Positions 42,636-57,164 of a DNA stretch of 64,000 bases are shown piece by piece. The stretch's first letter is position 1; every line of letters begins with the position of its first letter. The position numbers and the translations under genes were made by a program. Below the pieces are notes generated by a model that was not told the origin of the DNA, did not search any database, and was given only the letters and a program-made list of their open reading frames with translations. Source of the DNA: Kofleriaceae bacterium (GTDB lineage: Bacteria; Myxococcota_A; Polyangia; Haliangiales; Haliangiaceae). The stretch covers positions 1 to 64,000 of the forward strand of contig CBDCWZ010000010.1 in assembly GCA_965223575.1 (NCBI GenBank). Direction: 5' to 3'.

Positions 42636-43967
42636 CTATCTTAGGACAATGTTGTTGGGGTCGGTGTCCTCAATCGAGGTCGTGACATTGGGCCCGGTTG
42701 AGAAGATCAACTCCGCCCCACCAATGGCGCCCTCTCCATTGCCCGAATAAAACAAGAATACTTTGCCATCGTTGTCGACAAACACCGCTGGGTCCCGAAG
42801 TTGATTCGCCCCGACGGCATCGCTTCCTTGCGAGGCCTCAAGTGGGTACTCCGATCCTTCCCAAGGGTGCTCTGGCTTTAGAATTACCTTTTGCCCGACT
42901 GGCTTCCAGTTTTCTGGAACAAGGCGCTGATTTCCGTCGAGGCCGCTGAGGCTAAAGCGAGTGAGATAAATCTGCTCGGGTTTGTCACCCTTTGACGTCC
43001 AAAACACAAAGAGACTGTCTGGATCGTCACATGCGGTGAGTACCGCAAAGTGTCTGGGGTCGCGTGGGTCGCGATGCTTTGCGTACATCTTTCCGATCGG
43101 AGAGGCGATGCTGCGCCACGGTAGTTTGCGATCGGGTTTCTCTGGATCTTTCTTCCAAGCGTCATTGTCGGTAGGTCCGGCGCCGAGGATCGGAACCTGA
43201 TACATGCGACCTGTGTTGGTAAAGCCAAACATTTGGCCATCGACTGTGAACGCCCGCGAATATGCATCGCCCAGTGCACCCGCTTGAGTCGTAAAATTGA
43301 GACCCGTCTTTGAGGTCGCGACAAACGTGACCTGCCCCCCCTGGTTTTTAAACTCACGACCATCCTCCCGAAAGGCGGGTTTCCCATGAAAGTACATCAC
43401 GATGCGCTTGTTTGTGTTATCCACAAAAACGTCGGGAGAAGCGATATGATCTCTTGCTTTCCAATCTGGTCCCACTTGGAGCTCACCATCGTTGCCGAGC
43501 GCCAATACGCCTTTGCCGTCATTATAAAGTTTCCAGGGCCCCTCGAGCGAAGATGCCCATGCAAGGCGAATGTAACTGCCTTTGTGGTGGGCAAAATACA
43601 TAAAGTACACGGCCTCCGGTGCGGGCTTGGTCGCAAAATCTGGGATTCGAATTACGCTCGGGCCGTTAATGTTTCCTCCATCGGACGGATTGCTAAACAT
43701 GCCCCAAGTGATAAGTGGCGCAGAATTGTTAATCCGAACCGCATCAAACGTTCCATCTTTGGTTCCAGGAACACAGGTTTTTCCCGCCGGTTTTGGTCCC
43801 CGCTCTGGGACCTCACCGACCGGGGAGCCTTCCTCGGTTACTGTATCGTCGTCGCCATTGGCACCCGTATCATCGGTATCGGTATTGGCATCACACCCCG
43901 ATAGGGTTCCTATGACAAGCAGAACTGTAGCGGTCAAAAATAGGCGATTAATGAATTTCACATACAA
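42636..43967 (-). CDS. Lipoprotein, possibly a beta-propeller glycoside-hydrolase-like fold
   Basis: Signal/lipobox LLVIGTLSGC. The family assignment is tentative. Confidence 0.4.
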   Translation of the reverse strand: MYVKFINRLFLTATVLLVIGTLSGCDANTDTDDTGANGDDDTVTEEGSPVGEVPERGPKPAGKTCVPGTKDGTFDAVRINNSAPLITWGMFSNPSDGGNINGPSVIRIPDFATKPAPEAVYFMYFAHHKGSYIRLAWASSLEGPWKLYNDGKGVLALGNDGELQVGPDWKARDHIASPDVFVDNTNKRIVMYFHGKPAFREDGREFKNQGGQVTFVATSKTGLNFTTQAGALGDAYSRAFTVDGQMFGFTNTGRMYQVPILGAGPTDNDAWKKDPEKPDRKLPWRSIASPIGKMYAKHRDPRDPRHFAVLTACDDPDSLFVFWTSKGDKPEQIYLTRFSLSGLDGNQRLVPENWKPVGQKVILKPEHPWEGSEYPLEASQGSDAVGANQLRDPAVFVDNDGKVFLFYSGNGEGAIGGAELIFSTGPNVTTSIEDTDPNNIVLR

Positions 43968-44377
43968 TCAAACTGCAAAGAGCATTCCAGCGCGCACCTC
44001 TATCCGAAGTAGACCGTCCAGTGACTGTAGACAACGCATTTTACCGGACTTTTTGGCGAGCCATGTTCTTAGGTGTATTGATATCGCTGCAGCGGCTCGT
44101 CCTATGTATGGGAGGTGTATTCCGCAAGTTGTGTACCACCCTCCCAGGCTTGAGTATCGCGCAAACAAACAACGCCTCCCAAGAAGGGGGTGTCGCTGCA
44201 TCTATCAGAAAAAACTGTACTGTGGACAACTAATCACGCAACTTCGGTAGTTCAGTGTATTAAAACAGTTCGCATCGTAATCAAGGCTGCACTGTTTTCT
44301 TCACAAGATGAATGCGCCCACAAACCCCAACGTCCATATGCAATCGACCAGGCCGTCGAGAGATAAGAAGAAGCTTA

Positions 44378-45463
44378 ATGTTTGTGAAAACAAAGATAAC
44401 CGTATTGGGACTGTCCGTTTGCGCCGTTTTCCTCGGAGGCTGCGGCCCAAAGTATTCAAAACTCAAAACCAAGTCTGCCAAGGAGATCAAACTCGATTTG
44501 GCTGCAGGTGGACTGTGGTATTGCGCCAGGCATTTGCCACCGCAGCTGCGTGTGCAAGTCCGGTACGAAAACGGTGAGGTCGTCAAAACCTGGCAGCGGA
44601 ACCAGCCACGACGCGGGACATTAAAATTCAAAAACTTTCAGTGGCGGACCAACTTTGGCGAGGTCGACATCAGCCGCGGCGTATTACGGCTTCCTGCCGA
44701 TCATCTCGCTTGGATGAACAAGCCAGCCAAGGTCGCAGTCAAAATCCCGGGTCGCGATGACTTGCAAACCGAGGCACTACTTCGCCCACGCTATGATTGT
44801 GGTGGAACTGTTTACGTTCAGGGTGATGACGGTTCGCACGGTTCGAGGGGCACCGATGGTGGAGCGGGTGCCGACGGTCCTGACGTCGATGTTGCGCTCG
44901 CGTATGTCGCAAACAACGACAAGCGGCTCATTGTCGTGCGAGTCCGTTCCAGCAACCTTTCTGAGCCGCGAACCTTTTTGACAAGCGCCACTCCCAAAAA
45001 CTTCTTTTACGTCGATGCAAGCGGCGGAGACGGTGGTATCGGCGGTATGGGACAGGCAGGATACAACGGCAAAGACGGCAAAAGCGGCGTTCGTGGCCGC
45101 TGCAATGGGCAAGACGGATACGAAGGCGGTCCTGGTGGCAACGGCAGCAACGGTGGCAATGGCGGCAATATTGTAGTGCGCTACGACGCAGCACACCCTG
45201 AGTTGCCAACGCTCGTGCGCTTTGTCGCCAACGGTGGCAAGCCAGGACAAGCTGGGACTGGTGGAAACGGCGGAAGCGGTGGCTATGGCGGCAAAGGATG
45301 TCGCAATGGTCTCAACGGCCGTAAAGGGCGACGTGGCCCCGATGGAGTCGACGGACAACCGGGCTACGGCGGACAACCGGGCAGTATTCGCGAAGTCCCG
45401 ACGCCCGTTGGACAACTATTTCCCGAGGAGATCAAACGCGGGGTGATCATCGTTCGCAATTAG
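44378..45463 (+). CDS. Lipoprotein with a glycine-rich GGxGG repeat C-terminal region
   Basis: MFVKTKITVLGLSVCAVFLGGCGP lipobox. C-terminal GGDGGIGGMGQAGYNGKDG...GGNGGSGGYGG repeats. Confidence 0.5.
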   Translation: MFVKTKITVLGLSVCAVFLGGCGPKYSKLKTKSAKEIKLDLAAGGLWYCARHLPPQLRVQVRYENGEVVKTWQRNQPRRGTLKFKNFQWRTNFGEVDISRGVLRLPADHLAWMNKPAKVAVKIPGRDDLQTEALLRPRYDCGGTVYVQGDDGSHGSRGTDGGAGADGPDVDVALAYVANNDKRLIVVRVRSSNLSEPRTFLTSATPKNFFYVDASGGDGGIGGMGQAGYNGKDGKSGVRGRCNGQDGYEGGPGGNGSNGGNGGNIVVRYDAAHPELPTLVRFVANGGKPGQAGTGGNGGSGGYGGKGCRNGLNGRKGRRGPDGVDGQPGYGGQPGSIREVPTPVGQLFPEEIKRGVIIVRN

Positions 45464-45503
45464 ATAGTGAGGAGTATCGCCAACTCTCGCCGGCGATCTT
45501 GCA

Positions 45504-46130
45504 TCAATGCGCACGGCGGCGGCGAGTGGCGAGCATGCGTTTGACCATGACATCAAGCACCGACTCGAGTGCAGTTTGTACCGATGGGCTCTCGAGGATG
45601 CCCAATGCGCGAGCGATGGCTTCGAGGGTTGCCACTCGGTCGGGCTTGATATTTTTCCGCAGCCGGTAGTTTGACACCGGCCCCGGGGGCAAAGTGACGT
45701 GAATCGACTGTGACAGCTCGGGAACCCGGCGGACCGACCGCTTGGCTTGGCCCCAATTTCCGTCGGGAACAACGAGGGTCACGGGCCGATCGGACGCGAT
45801 GATGTCGCGACTGAGGGGAATGCTTTTCTCAGATGGATACAGGACAAAGCGTTGGGGATTCCCATGGAGCAGCGAGGAAGCATCCAGCGGCCGATCTTTC
45901 GCCCCACGAATCAGCAGCTGCGAGTTGGTCAGGCAACGCAGGGCGAGCCGTCCAGTGTTGCTCGATCGGCGGTATTCGTTGTAGTGCATAATGACTGCGA
46001 CTCGAGTCTTGAGCGCGAGCTTGGGCATCAGCGGGCACATACAGGTCGCTGGGCCCAACCGGCAGCCGATGCACCAGAGCCCGGAAACGTCACGCTCTGC
46101 GCTCGCTCTCACCAGGGTCCTTGTTCCCAT
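45504..46130 (-). CDS. DTW-domain protein (tRNA acp3U transferase family)
   Basis: N-terminal C.GC....C.C cluster. VVPDGNWGQAKR (DTW-like) motif. Confidence 0.6.
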   Translation of the reverse strand: MGTRTLVRASAERDVSGLWCIGCRLGPATCMCPLMPKLALKTRVAVIMHYNEYRRSSNTGRLALRCLTNSQLLIRGAKDRPLDASSLLHGNPQRFVLYPSEKSIPLSRDIIASDRPVTLVVPDGNWGQAKRSVRRVPELSQSIHVTLPPGPVSNYRLRKNIKPDRVATLEAIARALGILESPSVQTALESVLDVMVKRMLATRRRRAH

Positions 46131-46276
46131 ACGGTCATTCTGCCCTGTTCATAACTTTATTTGCCGGCGATTGACAGAGCAAACCCGGGCGAGTAATTAG
46201 GGGGTGTCCCGACTATGAATGTACCACCAGATAATCCCCTGAAACAGCAGGGGGCGTTGCTCGTTGGTCACCGCCT

Positions 46277-47209
46277 ATGAGCGTCCCTTTTTCGATTCTG
46301 ACAGGATATCTCGGAGCTGGGAAGACAACAGTGCTGAATCGCGTGCTGGCCAACGCTCAGGGGCGGCGCATCGCGGTGCTGGTCAACGAGCTGGGCCGAG
46401 TCGCGATCGACAGCAAATTAATCCTGTCGCGGGGAAGCGACGTCCTAGAACTCGCCGGTGGATGCATCTGCTGTTCGCTCGATCTCAAAAACGATTTGTG
46501 GGACGGCATCGTCGATGTTGTCAAACGCTCAAAGCCAGACCATGTCGTGCTCGAGACAACCGGGATTGCCGAGCCGCAAGCGATTGTCGATGGGCTCGGG
46601 AGATTGCCGGCCGAACATCAGGGAGTGGTTGATCTCGCTGGCGTCATTGCCGTTGTCGATGGGGTTGTCGGCAAGGCAACATTGCAGGACCGAGAAGAGG
46701 CATCGGAGCAAGTCATCACCGCAGATCGCGTGCTGTTTTCAAAGCTGGATATTGCGGGTCCAGAGCTAGTTTCAGCTATTCACAGTAGCGTATCGGCTCT
46801 AAACAACGATGCCGAGCGCGCTGCGTTTCCGCACACGCCTGACGGTGACCGCGCATTGGTCCCTTGGCTGCTCAATCATCGGCGACAAGCAAAAAAAGCG
46901 GCGAGGTCTCATCACCATTCGCACCAAGTTTCGGCAGCTGTATTTTGCGAACAAACGCCACTGCATTCGGTTCCGCTCATGAAATTATTTGAAGAGCTCG
47001 CACCGACACTGTTGCGCGTGAAGGGCTGGGTCCATATTGCCAATGAACAGCGGCGCGCATATCTCGAACTTGCAGGAGACACACTGTCGCTGCGATATGA
47101 CAAACCGTGGGGAGAAACGCGGCCAGAAACCGAGTTGGTCGTCATCGGCGACAACCTCGATGAGGCAGCGTTACGCCGCCGGCTATGGGCCTGCCGAACC
47201 TCGACCTAA
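46277..47209 (+). CDS. CobW/G3E-family GTPase metallochaperone
   Basis: TGYLGAGKTTVLN Walker A, GGCICCS motif, C-terminal CobW_C-like region. Confidence 0.75.
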   Translation: MSVPFSILTGYLGAGKTTVLNRVLANAQGRRIAVLVNELGRVAIDSKLILSRGSDVLELAGGCICCSLDLKNDLWDGIVDVVKRSKPDHVVLETTGIAEPQAIVDGLGRLPAEHQGVVDLAGVIAVVDGVVGKATLQDREEASEQVITADRVLFSKLDIAGPELVSAIHSSVSALNNDAERAAFPHTPDGDRALVPWLLNHRRQAKKAARSHHHSHQVSAAVFCEQTPLHSVPLMKLFEELAPTLLRVKGWVHIANEQRRAYLELAGDTLSLRYDKPWGETRPETELVVIGDNLDEAALRRRLWACRTST

Positions 47210-47241
47210 CCCCAGAGACCACTTGACATAATGGCATAATT

Positions 47242-47261
47242 ATTTGATTTCTTTATCAAAT
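47242..47261. promoter_or_regulatory. Candidate ArsR operator ATTTGAT-N6-ATCAAAT in an AT-rich promoter region
   Basis: Perfect 7-bp inverted repeat. TTGACA at 47223-47228. 44 nt upstream of the arsR-like ATG. Confidence 0.4.
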
Positions 47262-47304
47262 ATTAATAATTTGCATAAATGTGCAACTATGCTAATGTGT
47301 ATTT

Positions 47305-47796
47305 ATGTTGCTCGAAACACTACTTCGTCCCGACTTCTTCAAAGCACTGGCAGACCCCAATCGGATCAAACTCCTGTGCAAGCTATGCCAGTGCAAAGCT
47401 GGATGTTGTGTGCAAGAAGCCGCTGACTGCTGCGATGTCGACCTATCGGTCGTATCTCGGCACCTGGCACAACTGTGCGACGCAGGACTGCTCTGTAAAC
47501 AAAAACGCGGAAAACAAGTCCACTATAAAATCGACTGCACAGCCATCGTGAAAACCTTGCGCGAGATTGCCACAGAAATTGAGAACTGTTGTTCCCCACA
47601 AGGCGCCGATGGTGGCTGCTGCGGGGAAACGCCAAACCACCCCAACCAAAGGAGAAGACCAATGAGTTGTGCACCCAAACGCGACTGCTGCTGCAATTGT
47701 TCGTGCTGTAACTGCTGCTCGTGCTGCTGCTGCACCGATAGCGGCAAAGAAAGCCCAAAAAACGATAGCGGCTGTTGCGAACCCAAGCAGGACTAA
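47305..47796 (+). CDS. ArsR/SmtB-family metalloregulator fused to an extremely Cys-rich tail
   Basis: ADPNRIKLL...VSRHL..L..AGL HTH. Tail CCCNCSCCNCCSCCCC. Internal AAGGAG-N7-ATG at 47649-47663 in the same frame. Confidence 0.7.
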   Translation: MLLETLLRPDFFKALADPNRIKLLCKLCQCKAGCCVQEAADCCDVDLSVVSRHLAQLCDAGLLCKQKRGKQVHYKIDCTAIVKTLREIATEIENCCSPQGADGGCCGETPNHPNQRRRPMSCAPKRDCCCNCSCCNCCSCCCCTDSGKESPKNDSGCCEPKQD

Positions 47797-48058
47797 CTCC
47801 TGACAAACTCGGGACACTCGAGTGTCTCGCACCCGGTGTCCCGAGGTTTGTCCGTCGCCCAATTACGCCCGTTATTTGTCCGTCCGGTCGAACCCCCGCG
47901 TCAGGGGCGATTCCCATAACCCCAACCGATCTCCCTCCGAGGTCCTCAGTCACGTATTTCTATAACGTTCCTGGGGACTTCTCGCCCACGCCTCGCCCGG
48001 TACGCGCCTCGCGAGCCAAGCTCGGTCCGGCGTTTTGATAGACCAGTTGAGATGAGCT

Positions 48059-49549
48059 CTAATCCGCAGTCGCTTTCAGGATATTTTCGAGCGTCAAAAC
48101 CCTGTCAAAGTAGGGGAAGTCCTGTAACTGTTCATGATACTCGTTGGCGGTGATAAGCACTTTCTGCACGCGGTAACGCTGTGGGATATCAAACGCCTCG
48201 AGTTTACGATTAAAGGTTTCACCTACGTTGGCGCTGAGTTTTTTGTCTACATATTTTACTTCACATATGGTGTACGTTTTGTCTGCACGGTGAAAAATGA
48301 GATCGAGTTGATATCCGGGATCTCCAGCCTGTGTGCTTCTGTTGAAGAAGGGTCCGACTTGGTAATCCACATCTTCGAATCCTAGCGCTCGTGCAATAAC
48401 AAGGGAATTTGCTCTACACCAGCGCTCAAAAGCATAGCCATACGCCTGGGACAAGCGATGCAATGGCAACGCGGCTGTTGGTTTGCGTTTGTATTTTCCC
48501 TCCTGTATCGATCGTCGCTGTGGTTTTACGAAACGATAATACGAATTGAGATAAGCATCGCTAATTTCATACCGGCTGAGTTTACTATCCTCTGACTTAT
48601 TTATAGGCGTATAACGGTTCACAAAACCACATTGCTCAAGGTCTTCCAGAAAGGTAGTAGTCGTTCCCCCTGAAGATAAGCGGAGATGTTTTAAAATTTG
48701 GCTGCGCGTAGCGAATTTTCTCTTGCTGAGAAATTCCACTGTCTTTCTGTAATTTGGGTTTTTGGCAAGGACAGAGAGAAATATTTTGTCGACCTCAGTC
48801 GAGAAGTATCCATTGGGCACAAATGTATTCTTGCAAAAACCAAGATAGACCGAAGATTCTCTCTCCAATCGCTTTAGATAGGCTGGAATGCCGCCAACCA
48901 GCAGCGCCGCGTTAAAAGCTTCATGTGCAGAGTTGTTGCCAAGAAACTCCTGTATTGTGCGAATTCCAAATGGCTTCAATGCAATTTCATGCATCGATCG
49001 GCCATATAATGCGCGGGAAAGAACCACCTTTTCAACCATAAAAGAAGGCGATGACCCACATAGAATCAACAGCAATTGCGGATTCCGGCGCAGTAGGTCA
49101 TCCCATACTGGCTTCAGTCCGGAGAGCAGCCGGCTATCGTAGCTCGCCATCCATTGGAGTTCTTCGAGAAAGATCGTCCATGCCCCCTTTGCGGTTGCCT
49201 GTGCAAGTAACTCGAATACATGCCGCCAGCTTTTTGGGGTAATTTCCGAGTACAAGGGATTTTCAGTATATTGTCCAAGCTTCCGCAGAAACTCGTGCTG
49301 TTGAACGGTCTCGTTTTGTTCTTCCAGTCCTTCGAACTTGATCAATCGTCGCTTGCGAAAGGTCTGCTCGATAAGCTCGGTTTTCCCAATTCGTCTGCGA
49401 CCGTGAACCACAATAATTGCGGACTCAGGCTCGCTTGCGATCTCCTTAAGACGCTCAACTTCGTACCTTCGCCCAATAAATCTATTATTGGCTGGGATAT
49501 TAGGGAGATTCACAGCCAATAGTGTTACACTTTGTACACTATTGGACAA
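48059..49549 (-). CDS. AAA ATPase (Arch_ATPase plus DUF234 type), intact paralogue of the IS66-disrupted gene
   Basis: FIGRRYEVERL...VVHGRRRIGKTELI Walker A. FLEELQW Walker B. C-terminal nuclease-like/DUF234 region. Confidence 0.65.
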   Translation of the reverse strand: MSNSVQSVTLLAVNLPNIPANNRFIGRRYEVERLKEIASEPESAIIVVHGRRRIGKTELIEQTFRKRRLIKFEGLEEQNETVQQHEFLRKLGQYTENPLYSEITPKSWRHVFELLAQATAKGAWTIFLEELQWMASYDSRLLSGLKPVWDDLLRRNPQLLLILCGSSPSFMVEKVVLSRALYGRSMHEIALKPFGIRTIQEFLGNNSAHEAFNAALLVGGIPAYLKRLERESSVYLGFCKNTFVPNGYFSTEVDKIFLSVLAKNPNYRKTVEFLSKRKFATRSQILKHLRLSSGGTTTTFLEDLEQCGFVNRYTPINKSEDSKLSRYEISDAYLNSYYRFVKPQRRSIQEGKYKRKPTAALPLHRLSQAYGYAFERWCRANSLVIARALGFEDVDYQVGPFFNRSTQAGDPGYQLDLIFHRADKTYTICEVKYVDKKLSANVGETFNRKLEAFDIPQRYRVQKVLITANEYHEQLQDFPYFDRVLTLENILKATAD

Positions 49550-49648
49550 CTGCGATTGTAGTAATTAAGCCAAATCGTAGCTATTTGTGTCATAGTTGGC
49601 TCACTGGCTGCTACGATGTTAGCCAATATGCCGAGACAGACAAAAAAG

Positions 49649-50794
49649 CTATTCCTCAAAACAATACACAGGCAGTGATTGGTTGCACAATCCGTTAGAG
49701 CTTGTCTCCCACGAGGTTGACCAATTTGCTACGTTTCCTACTGCTGCTTCGTCGAGACCTGATGATTTCCAGTCGAAGCAATTTGAGACAGAGTTCCCTG
49801 TCCAGACAACCTCTCTACCCGATGCGCGATAGAGCGAGCCATCCGCATGCAAGGCCAGCGGTGTATCTAAGGGGTTGCGTCCGAGGTCACTCGCTTGCTC
49901 GACGAGCCGGACGCCATCTGCCCGTACCCAAGCTGGCTTGGTTGTATCAAAGCGACCCTGGCCAGGTTGCTGTGATGTCGTAAGCATTGCCCGAAACGAG
50001 CGCGATGGCCACAAGGGCTTGCCCTCGGTGTTGCAGATCGAATCGGCACCATCGAGGCCTTCGCCGCCCGTCATTTTGCCTTTGCTTATAAAGGCGATTC
50101 GAAAACCATCTGTGCTGGAGTGCGGGACCTCTCGATCGAGATCGATACCCAAGCAATACAGGGAAGCCGACCCTTCACAGGAGAGTGTCAACGCCTCGGT
50201 ATATCGGCTGTGAATCGTCGCACCAATGCCAATGGTGCTCATCCCGGTATTACTTGTATAGCCAGAGCAATTGCTGAGCGTCGCCATACCAGACGGAAAC
50301 GTCCCGGTGTGCACGACAAACTTCTTTACATCGCCAAATTCATCTACGTTGAGCGGATAACGAGGCCCATGCGCAATAAAGTCAGAAATGGTATCAGCGA
50401 CCGGTTTGCCATCGACCCGATGCCACCCTCGCGCACCGTCAAAACGATCTTTTGCGGCTTCGGTGGCGCTCGATAACCACGCGCGGTAGGTCCCGGCGAG
50501 GCCGGCAGTATTGGCGCGCTCTTGGCATTTTGCATCGGCGCCAAGAAGACCACCAAGATCCCCTTTATATCTTGTTGATGTAACAAACACCCTGTTGGCA
50601 CAGGGGCCACAATCTAGGGTGTCCCCACCGCTGATGATCGAGCCGCAACGGCCAGCGCAACGTGCCACGGTGTCATCATCGTCCTTTTGTTGGGGGCCCG
50701 CATCGGGTTTGATATCTAGCTCTTCAGGACCGTCGTCGCCACACGCGAGCATCAATGCAAAAACAACCGACAAACTCGCAACGAAGGCCCTCAT
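49649..50794 (-). CDS. Secreted DUF1554-like protein
   Basis: Signal peptide/lipobox MLAC. VFVTSTRYKGDLGGLLGADAKC..RA..AGL.G.YRAWLS motif. Confidence 0.5.
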   Translation of the reverse strand: MRAFVASLSVVFALMLACGDDGPEELDIKPDAGPQQKDDDDTVARCAGRCGSIISGGDTLDCGPCANRVFVTSTRYKGDLGGLLGADAKCQERANTAGLAGTYRAWLSSATEAAKDRFDGARGWHRVDGKPVADTISDFIAHGPRYPLNVDEFGDVKKFVVHTGTFPSGMATLSNCSGYTSNTGMSTIGIGATIHSRYTEALTLSCEGSASLYCLGIDLDREVPHSSTDGFRIAFISKGKMTGGEGLDGADSICNTEGKPLWPSRSFRAMLTTSQQPGQGRFDTTKPAWVRADGVRLVEQASDLGRNPLDTPLALHADGSLYRASGREVVWTGNSVSNCFDWKSSGLDEAAVGNVANWSTSWETSSNGLCNQSLPVYCFEE

Positions 50795-50812
50795 AGCAAC
50801 AACAGCCGTTGT

Positions 50813-52284
50813 CTAGCGGCCGCCGAAGTGCTGGTGGATCCCACGTGATGGTAGCCACGCGGTCGATCCCGTGCGCAGGGCAATATCGATCTCGCGCGCT
50901 GCTTCGCGGCCTTCGGAGATGGCCCAAACGATCAAGCTTTGGCCCCGATTCGCGTCTCCTGCGCAGTAGACGCCCTCCACATTTGTGGCAAAGCAATCGT
51001 CGGTCTTGACGTTTCCACGTGGATCGAGCTCGACCCCAATCTGGTCGACGAGACGACAGGTATCTGGCCCGGTAAATCCCATCGCCAAAATGAGCATATC
51101 AACGGGAATCGTAAACTCGCTTCCCGGTTGCTCCTCAAACAATAAGCCGCCGCCTTCTTTTGGTTTGATCTTGATCCGGACGGCGTGCAGCGTTGTCAGT
51201 TTACCATTTTCGCCAGTGAGTTTTTTGGTGAGCACAGCAAAGTCGCGATCGCCCCCCTCCGCTTGGCTTGATGAGGTACGGAAAATCAGCGGCCACTGCG
51301 GCCACGGATTCGATCCGGCCCGCGCCTCCGGGGGTGCGGGCATCAGCTCGATCTGGTCAACCTTGGCAGCTTTTTGACGCAGGGATGTGCCAACGCAATC
51401 TGACCCTGTATCGCCGCCGCCAAGGATGATGACGCGCTTGCCCGCAGCGTCAAGCTCTGGTGCATGAGCCGGATCTCCGGCGTTGATTTTGTTTTGTCGC
51501 GTCAAAAAGTCCATAGCAAAATGGACACCGTCTAGATCTCGCCCTGGGACCTGTAGATCCCGTGCCCGCCTCGCTCCGGTGGCGATGAGAAGCGCATCAT
51601 AGGCTTGATGCAACTCGGACCAGGTCGGATCCGTGCCAACATCTGCGTTGGTGACAAATTCGATACCCTCTGCTCGCATGACGTCAAGGCGACGATCGAG
51701 CACCCACTTTTCCATCTTAAAGTCGGGAATCCCGTAGCGTAAAAGGCCCCCGATGCGGTCTGCAGCCTCGTAGACCTTTACGTGATGACCAACCGAGTTG
51801 AGTTGCGCGGCGGCAGCAAGACCAGCGGGGCCACTGCCAACAATCGCAACGCGTTTGCCGGTGCGCGCAGATGGGGGACGTGGCTCCACCCATCCTTCTT
51901 TGAAGGCCCGCTCGATGATCTCTTGCTCGATCTGCTCGATGGTTACCGGATCAGTATTAATGGCAAGCACGCAGGCACCCTCACATGGTGCCGGGCAAAG
52001 GCGTCCGGTAAACTCGGGAAAGTTATTCGTCGATTCGAGGCGATGGTGAGCCTCTTGCCATCGATCTTGATAGACAAGGTCGTTCCAGTCCGGAATTTGG
52101 TTGCCTAGCGGGCAACCTTGTTGGCAAAATGGAATCCCGCAGTCCATACAGCGACCGCCTTGTTCGCGCGCTTGCTCTACTGTTTGCAGCTCGTAGACTT
52201 CTTGCCAATCCTCGAGGCGGCCCTTTGGGTCGCGCGGTTTGGGCATTTTGCGTTGCCACTCCAAAAACCCTGTTACTTTGCCCA

Positions 52285-52285
<1 letters not shown>
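50813..52285 (-). CDS. gltD: Glutamate synthase small subunit (NADPH)
   Basis: CMDCGIPFC..GCPLGN, VAIVGSGPAGLAAA, CAGD motifs. The start overlaps the gltB stop. Confidence 0.9.
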
Positions 52286-56895
<4,610 letters not shown>

Positions 56896-57003
56896 CGCCG
56901 GCCATCATACGGATCGCGACGCACCGCAGCAACCCCTTTTATGGGGGACCTCACGGGGACACGTGGGGGGACACGTTCCTCACATGGGGGACACGTTCCT
57001 ATC

Positions 57004-57147
57004 ACATGGGGGGACACGTTCCTAGGTGATAAGCATTTAGAATCGTAGGGTTTTTTGCACCACTCGTTGAATCTATGAGTTCAACGAGTGGTGCAAAAAA
57101 CCCTACGATTCTAAATGCTTATCACCTAGGAACGTGTCCCCCCATGT
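57004..57147. repeat. 144-bp perfect palindrome (68-bp arms, 8-nt centre) preceded by tandem copies of its outer 20 bp
   Basis: acatggggggacacgttcctaggtgataagc...cgttgaa / tctatgag / ttcaacg...ccccccatgt. Partial direct copies at 56960-57003. Confidence 0.85.
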
Positions 57148-57164
57148 GTACCAATAGATGAAAA

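Noticed and set aside
44928-45415. Glycine-rich repeats as a collagen-like or PE-PGRS-type separate gene, and the antisense 212-aa ORF
   Set aside because: The repeats are in frame with an upstream lipoprotein signal (44378). The antisense ORF is a mirror of the GGN repeat.
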